Below, piece by piece: positions 27,441-39,000 of a stretch of 64,000 nucleotides of DNA. The notes beneath the pieces were generated by a model. That model saw only the letters and a program-made list of their open reading frames with translations, did no database searches and was not told the DNA's origin. Source of the DNA: Heptranchias perlo (Eukaryota). Position 1 is the stretch's first letter; each line of letters starts with the position of its first letter. The position numbers were made by a program, and so were the translations under genes. The stretch covers positions 26,660,001 through 26,724,000 of the forward strand of contig NC_090349.1 of NCBI RefSeq assembly GCF_035084215.1, given 5' to 3'.

Positions 27441-28072
27441 GAGGAAAGTCCCAAACGCTGATGTTTTTAATAAGAAAATAATATAGCTCCCCTTTGCATT
27501 CTGTTATTATTGTGTTTTACTCCTGTTTAAACCAAGTATGCTTCAGTCTGCTTCTTATGTTAATGGTTAAAAACCTGAGTATTTGAATTTTATACTGGAA
27601 ATCATATTTTTCCAACAGGATCCCAGATAACGAATATACAGAAAATTATATTGTAACTAAAGAGGTTAAACAGCCAAAGACTGGTTAACGCAGACAGCAA
27701 ACAGGAAAAGTCGGTCCATTTCAGTTATAGAAAAATAAAATTAACTTTAAAGTAGTGCACCCAAGGGTTGTCTATATAAAATTATATTTCCCCAACTAAA
27801 TTCTGAAAGGCTAGTGTCTTCATGAGATTTGACAAAACATTTTTCTTTGTTTATAAACATACAAAATATTATTTAAATCACACTGAAACACATCATAGGT
27901 GTCTTCCTCCTCCCTAGAAAGAAAAGAACTTGCATTTATATCGCGCCTTTCATGACCTCGGGTAGTCCCAATGCGCTTTACAGCCAATTGACTACGTTTT
28001 GAACTGTAGACATTGTTGAAATATAGGAAATGCAGCAGCCAATTTGTGCACAGCAAGCTCCAACAATCAGCA

Positions 28073-28296
28073 GTCTTATCCGCACCCAGGTGGCCCTGGA
28101 GAGAGAGCATGTGGTGTCCGCCGATACACTTGAGGCCTTGGGCACCGCAGGGACTGGACTGCATGCTTGATAATGGAAGTAATATTACAATTTAATTTGA
28201 TAAGTTTCCTTTGTCTTCTATTTTTGTGATTTGGGTGTTTATTGTTTGTGCCCCTCTAAAAAGGGGGCACTTAAGTTAAGTTCACCAACAGAAAAG
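28073..28296 (+). mobile_element. Tx1/L1-group LINE 3' fragment
   Basis: Reads VALEREHVVSADTLEA...WAPQGLDC-like C-terminus followed by an AT-rich UTR; interrupts a SINE. Confidence 0.6.
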
Positions 28297-29082
28297 TGTG
28301 TTAATAACTTCTAAACTTATATTACAAGGAACAAAAATGTTCAGAGATAAACTTATAGAATCATAGAATCATAGAAGTTACAACATGGAAACAGGCCCTT
28401 CGGCCCAACATGTCCATGTCGCCCAGTTTATACCACTAAGCTAGTCCCAATTGCCTGCACTTGGCCCATATCCCTCGATACCCATCTTCCCCATGTAACT
28501 GTCCAAATGCTTTTTAAAAGACAAAATTGTACCCGCCTCTACTACTGCCTCTGGCAGCTCGTTCCAGACACTCACCACCCTTTGAGTGAAAAAATTGCCC
28601 CTCTGGATCCTTTTGTATCTCTCCCCTCTCACCTTAAATCTGTGCCCCCTCGTTATAGACTCCCCTACCTTTGGGAGAAGATTTTGACCATCGACCTAAC
28701 TTCTTTAAAGGTTGATGACACTGGGGCAACCCAGTGCCTCCTAATGGGTTAAATCTAAAGAGAAACAGCAATGTAGCAATGTGATAATGACCAGATAATC
28801 TGTTTTGGTAATGTTGGTTGAGGGATAAATATTGGCCAGGACACTGGGGAGAACTCTCCTGCGAAATAGTGTCGTGGGCTCATTTACGTTCACCTGAGAG
28901 GGCAGACGGGGCTTGGTTTAACGTCTCATCCGAAAGACAGCACCTCCAACAGTGCAATACAAATCAAAATAGAAGTCCTTCAACACTTCACGAAAACAGT
29001 GAACCTTTAAAGAAGTTTATCTCTGAACATTTTTGTTCCTTGTAATATAAGTTTAGAAGTTATTAACACACTTTTCTGTTGG
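28285..29082. repeat. Inverted repeat, 70-bp perfect arms (28285-28354 / 29013-29082)
   Basis: Arms are exact reverse complements. Confidence 0.92.
28355..28697 (-). mobile_element. CR1/L3 3' fragment with 5-bp duplication AACTT
   Basis: (ATAGAATC)n tail; [15 protein letters not shown]; AACTT at 28350-28354 and 28698-28702. Confidence 0.9.
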
Positions 29083-29689
29083 GGAAATTAAAATAACCAT
29101 ATCTCAACTACTGTGCTGGAGTTCATTCAACAATGGACCAAATTCTTCAGCAGGATTGTGTTGCAATTTTACATTAACTGGTTCGGTGTTACTGCTGGTG
29201 GAAGAAGACTGTCAAGAAGTGTGATCTTCACTGGAAACTAATCATTCAGCCCATCAACTATCATCGAGCTTTTAAACAGGTGGTGAATCATTTCAAGGGA
29301 CTGTGACTACGATTACCACCTAAGGCCTAAGTTATCTCTGGAGAATATTAGGTACACGGTTATCAACAATTAGAAGTATTCACTGGCTCATATGTAAAAT
29401 GTGACTAGCTGCTGTCTAGGAGAGTGCTATAAATCAAATTCAGTAATGATGTAAAGTGCTCAAATTTTGCTGTTGTGGTTTATGAATTTATTGGAACACT
29501 GTTCTGTCTTTTAATAATGTGTTTTGCAAAAGTTTCCATTAGCAATTCACTAATTTTGTCATAGAGTTAAACAATTAAAACAAAACAATTAAATAGTTGT
29601 TGGTTTCCAGAGCAACTATGATGCGTACTATTTGTTCAACAGTTGCATTTGTTTTACTGTAATTTTATAATTGGATTTTGAACAGTTAA

Positions 29690-30070
29690 ATGAGCAAAAG
29701 TCTAGAAGCATTTGAATGGCAGTGTTACAGACATATCCTGAAAATTAGTTGGACAAGTTGAATGACAAATGAAAAGGTCTTGAACTATACAAGGAGAGAG
29801 AGCAGAGAGGAGGCTCCATATGATGCGAAAAATGACAAACTGTGAACAGATTATCTGGGAGTTGCGAGGAAAGTTGATGTGATTGTTACTGTCTGGAAAA
29901 GTTAATCATAATAGATCAAGAGACATGCAAAGAAGAATATGGCCAGTTGTTGTGATAGAATGTGAAAATAGAATATAAAAGGCTAAAATAAGCCATTTGT
30001 GCATAGGCCAGAATGTATAGAATGCACTGGTTGCAAACCTCCAGACCAGAGAAGATAGAGAGAGGAGAGA
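29690..30070 (+). mobile_element. Decayed RTE-clade LINE 3' fragment
   Basis: Translates SLEAFEWQCYRHILKISWTS*MTNEKVL, a typical RTE ORF C-terminal motif; (GA)n tail. Confidence 0.7.
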
Positions 30071-30597
30071 TATACATGACTTTGTAAAACTATTTCATGT
30101 AATACCTTGATATTAAATGCTATTCTCATTAATATTTTGAATGTGATATTCATAAAGAGCAAAAAAAATTAAATGATAATTATCATTGTCTATTAATATT
30201 ATTGCTGTGCTATTCATTGAGAAATTCAAAATGTTGTTCTTAAGTGTCATTCTGTGTTTACTAAGAGCAGTACATTTTGGTTGTCAAAGCAACAATGTAT
30301 CCAACAGGTGCCTCTTGTGGTTAGGCTGAATTAATTTGTTACACTAACAGCATCTTGTGAATTAATTTAAGCAAGGCTGTCAAAAGAATAATCTTTGCAA
30401 AATCTGGCAGAGCATCTGCTAGTATCATGCTTAAATAAATCAATGGTGCTGCAGTTATAGTATGAATACAGCCAGAACCCGGAGTCAAAACCTGACATGA
30501 CACCGGAGTGAAATGGAATAGAACTCACTGGAGTCTCTCTCTGCCTCCCCTTGGATTCAGTTCGGGCCTTAAAATCTGATTACAGTACATGAGTACT

Positions 30598-30724
30598 TTC
30601 ACCACATGGACTGCAGCGGTTCAAGAAGACAGCTCACCACCACCTTCTCAAAGGCAATTAGGGAGGGGCAATAAATGCTGGCCTTGCCAACGACGCCCTC
30701 ATCCCATGAATTGAACAAAAAAAA
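30598..30724 (+). mobile_element. 3' tail fragment of the same LINE family
   Basis: CCACATGGACTGCAGCGGTTCAAGAAG...CATCCCATGAA followed by an A-tail. Confidence 0.88.
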
Positions 30725-30757
30725 CTTTAGGTTGCTCATTCAGTCTCCTGTCAATAT

Positions 30758-31665
30758 GTTTACACATATACCTCCATGGAAGTAAAATATATGTTTGTTT
30801 CTGAACCTGTACAATAAAACTGAACATAAGTCTTGCTTATAAAAGGAACAGCATATTGTTGTTAGCAAATTTTCCAATTGAAATGAAGGAGAAACCTGTC
30901 CATGGAAATAAAGTTATCTTTTATAATCAACGTTATTGTTGGTAAGGGGATGGGCAGTTGATGCAAAGTTGAAACTGCTTCGCACCACCAGTAATCTTAT
31001 AGTGTAGAATCTCCCAAAATGTGTTCTATATGAGTTTCCTGTGTTTCTGTGAATTATTTTTAATTATAAATAAATCTGGTCAGTAGGTTAGCCTGTACAA
31101 AGTGATGTGTGGTGAATATTTTCTGGCTTCCAAATTGACAGGAGACTGAATGAGCATCCTAAATACTCTCCAGGAAGCAATTTACCATAATTAGGGTTAA
31201 TTATTAGACCTGGGCTTGCTAACCAACTGCAGCAAAAAGTAAGGAACACAAGTTTAGGTTCAAAAGAACTACAAACTGTCACCAAGCTGTAAGGTGTTGA
31301 GAAAAGCCCAAACAGTAACAAGATTACCCAGGTATTGAAGTGAAAATGAAGATGGCAGCTCTTCACCCATCATTCTCAGAAAGATATGTGGCATTTATAA
31401 TAACTATAAATTCATTACATTACAATTTCCAATGAAGAAGAATATGAACATTTTGGAGATTTTTTTGCCCATCCCCTTACCAACAATAACGTTGATTATA
31501 AAAGATAACTTTACTTCCATGGACAGGTTTCTCCTTCATTTCAATTGGAAAATCTGCTAACAACAATATGCTGTTCCTTTTATAAGCAAGACTTACATTC
31601 AGTTTTATTGTACAGGTTCAGACATAAATATATACTTTACTTGCCATGGAGGTATATGTGTAAAC
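30758..31665. repeat. Inverted repeat, ~200-bp arms (30758-30956 / 31466-31665), 509-bp spacer
   Basis: Arms are reverse complements with few mismatches. Confidence 0.92.
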
Positions 31666-32310
31666 TGCATCCCAGAGGTCTACTTCCCATGGGATATATG
31701 TGTGACCTACATAGCAGAGGATATATCTGATTTACTTAGATACAATATATGTGTAATCTAGATCACAATGGGGATACATGTGATTTATTTTCCCACGAGA
31801 TTTATGTGTGATCTGCCTTCTAATGGGAGCATATGGGATTTACCTTGCTTAAGGATATATATGCATGATCAATGTCCTAATGAGGGTAAAGGAGATATCT
31901 ACATCCCAATATTTAAATTACTTCCCATGGGGAATATGTAATCCACCATGTGTGATCCATATTGTAATGTGGATATTTGCAACCTATTTTCCATGGGCAT
32001 ATTTGCAATCTATTACATTCAATCAACATTTCAAAGGAGAAATGCAATCTACTTCCCATGGAGCTATATATGAATTATAATGTGCAATCAACATCTCAGT
32101 GACGGTAAATATGATCTACTTCCCATTAGGATGTATTTGAGATCGATTTTCCAATGGGTGTATATGAAATACACTTCCCATGAGGGTGTATATGCAATCT
32201 ACATCCCAATGGAGGCATACGCGATCACCTATAATCAGCCAACATCTCAATGGAGGTTTACTTTCCATGGGGATATCTGTGACCTTCTTATGGGGGAGCT
32301 ATACGTGCGA
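31640..32310. repeat. Degenerate ~30-bp tandem repeat (ATCTACTTCCCATGGGGATATATGTG-like)
   Basis: Recurring CTACTTCCCATG cores. Confidence 0.75.
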
Positions 32311-32739
32311 TGTGTGGGTAAATGCATCTCATTGAAGTTAGAGCTCCTTCCTACACCTGGAAGCTTCCTGCAGAGATCCTGCGAAGCTACATAAAAGCGA
32401 CTTCACTGCAAGTGTACATTGCAGTTCATGAACACCTGCTGCAACATAACAGCTGCTGACTTGCATGAAGTTCATCATTTGATATTGTAAATTCGTTAGT
32501 ACATTCTCACTCACCACCGATAAAACCAAAGAAAACTATTAGCGAGCTTTTGTAATAATTACTGAAAATAACATTTAAAACGGACCCAGTCAAAAACACT
32601 TAACAATTGCTTGAGACGTAGTTATTAAACCAATTATATCACAAACGGCACTGGCAGTATTTGACAAATCGTTGTAAAGCAGAGCCTTTAAGAAATGCGT
32701 AGCTTCATTGGCATAACCTACATTTGTTTAAACCTCACT

Positions 32740-32900
32740 GACCTGACGCAGTTACATTCTGCATATAAACATTTACTTTAGATTCTGCTTCTAGAGGCTT
32801 GCATTGTGCGCGTGCGCACGTTGACTGCTAACTCAGCAGCCCCGGGAGCTCCCGCCGAGCCAGCAGCTGATGCTCAGTGCCTCAGGTACTCGGCTGTGGT
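32740..32900 (+). promoter_or_regulatory. FAM216A-like promoter (CRE half-site TGACGCA 32744, TATAAA 32764, NRF1-like TGCGCGTGCGCA 32807)
   Basis: CpG-rich patch with these motifs 120-200 bp before ATG 32943. Confidence 0.5.
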
Positions 32901-32942
32901 GGGTTTGAAGTAGGGAAAAAAAAGAGGCACAGATCTTTCATC

Positions 32943-33031
32943 ATGGAGACACGGAAACAGGTTACCTTTCTCGAACGAGATTCCATTTGCCAAGATCTGC
33001 AGCAACCATGCAGGACAAGCATAACAGTAAG
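32943..33031 (+). CDS. FAM216A: FAM216A exon 1
   Basis: METRKQVTFLERDSICQDLQQPCRTSITV|gtaaga, downstream of a CpG promoter. Confidence 0.7.
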
Positions 33032-36000
33032 GTAAGAAGAACACTTATAATTTATGATGCTTTCATTCTCCTCTCCTGGCTCTGAGCTGCGAGGAGTTCT
33101 GCCAAGATAGACAAGGGCAAGGAATCAAACGTTAGTTGTTGCCCATTTGCAGTACACATCTACGAATTAAGCTTTTGGGAGACTATTGGTGCCTTATGTA
33201 CTTTTTTTTCTTTTCACAAGATTTCCTTGAATTTTAATTTTATTTCTGTGACCCAATTATTTTTGTATTCAAGAGGAATTATGCTGAAATTCCCTCCACC
33301 TCCACAATCTTGAAGTTTCTTAAAAGAAAAAACACGAAATGTTTCATGTTGACTAACTTTATGTTATTCTGGTTGCATTTTGCACCTGTTGCTTCAATTT
33401 TGCCGTACTCTTTCGTCAGTTCTCATTCCCGTAGCATCTTTTCTGTCATTATATCTGTTTGGCAATAGTTACTGGAATCCCTGTAACTATATTAATTTCT
33501 TTATATTTAGACATGGGTCCTGCATGTTATTTGCTATTGACCTCTTTTGCATGGCATAGATTTTAAAGGGATGTAAAAGGCGTTTCATTATTTTAAAAGG
33601 GAAATCAGTTTACACTTTCTTAAATGGCTGATTATATTTTAATGTGTTTGGCTTGCTTTTGCCTTCTATACTAAGTGAAAAGGATAATGTTTATCCTTGA
33701 TAATGATTCTCACCCATAGGAGATGGAGCCTCCCTCTTCCCCTCGGCCACTGAGACTATTTACAATTAAAAAGAAAGGATACTGGCGGCGGCGGGGGGGA
33801 GGGACATTAAAATGGATAATGATGTTTACTGTTGCTGCAGTAATGCAAATGAAGTTATCAGCTGCTGTTGTCCACTGTCATTGTCAAGGCTTCTCTCATT
33901 TCTTCAAATGCCTCATCAACATCATTAAATTAGGATTTGAGGAGAAAATATATCTTTTTATTTGAAGACCTGTTTTGGAGTGGAGTTATTCCCAGACTAG
34001 TAAATCGGACACCACACAACTTTTTAAAAACCTTCCATCCATTTTCTGGCGTCACATTAGTTTTCACGTTCAAACATTCATTTTTAATCCAAGTATTTTG
34101 GCGGGTCATTCAGCACAATGGAGTTTGAATTCTAAAGCACCTCTTTCTAGTTTAATCGTTGGCTCATTTTTGTAAGTTTAAATCTTGCCTCAGTTTTGTA
34201 TCTGGATTGTAATTTTCATGCATTCATTTGATTTTATTTCTTGTTCTGCTTTAGAACTTGTAGCAGCCTATTTCCACAAATATTCTTTCATTATCATGTC
34301 AAAGATAATAGATAACTAAAGTAAATTACATGGGTAACTAATTAATCAAGAGATAATTTCATATATAAGAATAGAAAGCTAGAGAGTGTTTGCTTATCAT
34401 CAGAACCTCAAGATTTAACTTCTGTGAAAGGAAAATGTTTTCACTTTATGCACCCTGTATTAACATTAAGCACTTTCAAGTAAGGTATAGATGGATGTAA
34501 AGCCCCTTTTGCTCTGCTCCAACAATGTGCAAACAATTTTACAACACCAAGTTATAGTCCAGCAATTTTATTTTAAATTCACAAGCTTTTGGAGATTTTC
34601 TCCTTCCTCAGGCAAATGTTTCAAGATCTCCTTGAAGCCTACGCATTTATACATATTGAACAATAATACATGGTGTTTACAGACTGCCCCTGCAACTGCC
34701 CGTTGCCAAGGCAATCACCGTGTTCAGACAGAGAGGTGTTACCTGCAGAACCTCCGAATACACATTCAACAAAAAAACAAACAGGGAAAAAAAACAGAGA
34801 AAAAAAAACACAGAGAGAGGCAGAAACATCCGGAAGGCAGAGAGAGCCAGCAAATGACCCATTATATTAAAAACAATGTGCCTTAACCCTAACATCAGAA
34901 ACGCACTAAACTGTCCTGTACTAGTATTTTTTTAAATTTCCCATTCCACTCATCTTTGTGTCCTCTCTGAGCAAGTATGTCAACTTATTGCCAATTTTGC
35001 GCCGAATTATGGATAGTTTTATGTTGTGGACCACTCCCCAGTAATAACTGAGTGAGACTACCTGAACTCAATTTACCAGGATCCAGGGATGAACTGGCCA
35101 TATGGGAAATGAGGAGAGTTCCTGAGTGCCCCATGAATGGTTCCATAATGCAGTGTTATCGGTGCCCCTTTTTTTCTGTGAGAATCCCAAAGAATCCCAT
35201 TCCCTGTAGGGGAAGTCAGTCACCCCTGCCAGGATCCCAACAAAATGAGGAGACACTCATTCTAACAGTCTGGGATGCATTCAAATATCAGTCCCATAAA
35301 AGAATGGGCAATATTCCTTATTTTTTTATAACAGTAGTCATTCATTCATGAATCGGAAAGGTAAATTTCCATAAGATAAACCATGGCAGTAGGACAAAGG
35401 GGTTCAGATTTTTTTTATTCATTCATGGGATGTGAGCGTCGCTGGTAAGGCCGGCATTTATTGCCCATTCCTAATTGCCCTTGAGAAGGTGGTGGTGAGC
35501 CACCTTCTTGAACCGCTGCAGTCCGTGTGGTGAAGGTTCTCCCACAGTGCTGTTAGGTAGGGAGTTCCAGGATTTTGACCCAGCGACGATGAAGGAATGG
35601 CGATATATTTCCAAGTCGGGATGGTGTGTGACTTGGAGGGGAATGTGCAGGTGGTGTTGTTCCCATGTACCTGCTGCCCTTGTCCTTCTAGGTGGTAGAG
35701 GTCGTGGGTTTGGGGGGTGCTGTCGAAGAAGCCTTGGCGAGTTGCTGCAGTGCATCCTGTAGATGGTACACACTGCAGCCACAGTGCGCCAATGGTGAAG
35801 GGAGTGAATGATTAGGGTGGTTGATGGGGTGCCAATCAAATGGTTGCTTTGTCCTGGATGGTGTCGAGCTCCTTGAGTGTTGTTAGAGCTGCACTCATCC
35901 AGGCGAGTGGAGAGTATTCCATCACACTCCTGCCTTGTGCCTTGTAGATGTTGGAAAGGCTTTGGGGAGTCAGGAGGTGACTCATTCACTGCAGAATACC

Positions 36001-39000
36001 CAGCCTCTGACCTGCTCTTGTAGCCACAGCATTTATGTGGCTGGTCCAGTGGATGTTTCAAACTGGTGAAAGGCAAATTTACAACTCATCAGGAAGTTCT
36101 TCTTTGCTTCAGAGTGACTAACACATACAATGGACTTCTGGTTAGATTAATGGAAGCAAGTACCTTGGAATCATTTAATGAACAGCTGAATGCTGTGATG
36201 GGAGACTGTAAGTTTGTTCTGGATGGAGGAGCTAGGATGGATCAAATGACCTTCCTAATCAGTATCATGTGATCTTGTGGTAATTGATGGAAGAGGAAAA
36301 AACTTTAGAAAGGATTAACATGCTCTTCAATTTCCACACTTGAGTAAGTTCACAGTGACAGAATCCTGCAAGGAGAGCAGCTGTACCCAATTAGTCAGGA
36401 AATTGTGAGGACCTAATAAAGGGGAAGAGAATTTTAAAATTGGCAGAGAAAAAAATTGACTTCCATAAAATGATCAGCTTTGTTCTGCTGAATGATACAG
36501 AATTGATTTATCAAGCATAAGGCCTCAGTTTAAACTGGTACCAGTGCCCTATTTTTATTTTCCCATTGGTGCCATTTTCTTTCAATGGGATGTACACATC
36601 GAATTTTTCAATGTAATGAATTTATAAGCAGCACATGATAAAATGAATACTGTCTTTTTAAAATGTATTATTGAAATTTCAAGAGTTTACATTCACATTT
36701 TTCATGAAACCACTGTACATTTGCTTACATGTAATAGTATCTTCTTCATGTATTATTCTTTTTAGGACATTAGGACACCATTTTCCAAAAAGACATGATT
36801 CAACTGGTAAGGAGAAGCTTCTGCTTTTCGAGTTTCTTGGATGCATCTCGGTAATTTAATAATGTATGAAGGTGATTCAATTACCTTTTTAAGAGCTGAC
36901 TCACTTCGTGGGTGAGGCAAGTAAGACCTGGCAGGAATATTGATATTGTGTTTAATTTTTCTGTTTTAGCTGTTTTGTTTCATATTCATGTCAAGTTTGG
37001 AATTTATGTATACTTTGTATGTCACGTAAAAGAGCCATTAATTTGCTATTTAATCAAGCTTAAACTATTGCATGTGTACAATGCCAGTTGTACTTCAATA
37101 TTGATGAATTTTAAGAATATAATAGAATTATGGTGGATACATCGCATAGGATTTTGCTAATGTTTGGAATCTCATACATTTAACAGTGTAGCTTGAATTA
37201 TACATAAATATACACTAACAGTGTGTGAGGCCGTATTAAATGGTCATTTGGCTTGTCGACGATGAAGGACCAAACCGAATGTCTACTGAGAAGAGCAAAA
37301 GATTGAAAAAATAGAGCAAAGCGAATCTGATTGATAAAATGTTCAAATGGTAGAAAATGACAGTTGTGAAATATGGCCATGCGCCACAGAATTCCATTGG
37401 CTTCATCAAAAATCAGCTAAAATCAATACAATGTCTCACACAAGTTTTACGTGGAAAGGGGTAGTGCAAATGTTTTAATGAAAACACTGAAGGAAAATAT
37501 TACTGCAGACTGGACAACAGGGAGGACTACAGTTAGTTGTTTACCAAGATTCCTTACCCTTGCATTAGGTGGGGAATAGATTGCAGTCTCTTTCTTCATG
37601 AGAGAACTGAAGAACTGGAGATAAGACTGGCAAGCATTGGTGAAGGGGAGGATTTGGGATAAGAGCAGAAGCCATTCTGTTACCATGTTCATATTTGTGC
37701 AATATAATTATTATGTCCTTATATTTTCTGTTATGAGGACAAACCAATTACATGGCTTATATAATACATGAAACAAAAAGGCAAACACCTCACTTATATA
37801 CTTGTCAATATCCTGTAGCATCGCATACAGGGAGTCGAAACCAAGTGTAGTCTTCAGGTGAAGTGGGATCAAAGTCATTCAGTCCTTATTTTTATATTTC
37901 CATTATAAACTCATATGTCCACATTTAAATAGGAAACTGTCCATGTAAACATTTCACACTGTAATTACACCCACTTGCCAGTGGTGCTGCAGACCTACAC
38001 GAACATAAGAATTTGTAATAGAAAAAGGTGACAGCAAATGTGTGCAGATGTAAGATTTTAAAAATATTATAGATATGCGGTAATTCTGCTTAGTGTGTTG
38101 TAATGTGCTAGATAAGAATCAGCTATTAATTGAGCAACATACAACAGTTCATGAAATGCCAATCATCATGATTCACAATTTTGTTGCAGATGCTCTGGAA
38201 ACATTCCAAAAGATGATCAGCAGAAAAGTTATTTTACCAATTCCTTCCCCATTTGATACTGAAGGTACTGTACAGACAGCAATCCCAGAATGTTCCAACC
38301 AACAATCACAGGGTGAGAGGAGCCAAAGGAAGAACATAAACTGGTGGCAACCTCTACCTCAGACCATTGTCTGATTCAGAAAGAACCTCCAAAGCAGCAG
38401 GAGTTGGGGATTGGAGCTACCAAACAGGGAACCGAGCAAGATAATACATTGGCTGAGTGCAAAGTAGGGGTAGGAGGAAGAAAGGAATGAAAAACTCAAA
38501 GAACAGACAGATGCTGACCTTCCGGCCAATTTGGTAACGTTACAGACAGATGGATTGAACCAGATGGGGGAAATGAAAAAGAACTGCCAGTCTAGACTAG
38601 ATGGGATGCAAGTCAGTTTCCAGACTGGGGTAAATCTGCTTCAAAGTGTGATCAAGTCTAGTAACAGTCAGATTGAATCAGCAGTGGGGCAGGTGAGTTC
38701 CACTGTGAGCTCAGTCGAGACTACTCCACAGAACATGGGTTCCAGCCTAGCCACAATTAACTCCAACCTGTTACAACCTCAAGAAACTGTTGAATCTGGT
38801 TTCAAAGAGCTCACCAAGGAAATTGGTTCTCTGGTTAGATGGCTGTACCAGAACCTGAGTGCTATACCTGTAGAGAATCAGCCAATCAAAGCCTTCATCA
38901 GGACTGCCTAGGTCCTATGTAGATAGTAGGACCCACTAAATGGCCTAGATTTTAACCCAGAAAAACAAGTGGGTTGGGGGTGGGGGGCCAGTAAAAATGT

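Larger units (their letters stand above)
27916..28956 (-). mobile_element. Deu-domain SINE split into 27916-28072 and 28763-28956 by nested insertions
   Basis: Tail half and body half are collinear with the other copies. Confidence 0.75.
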
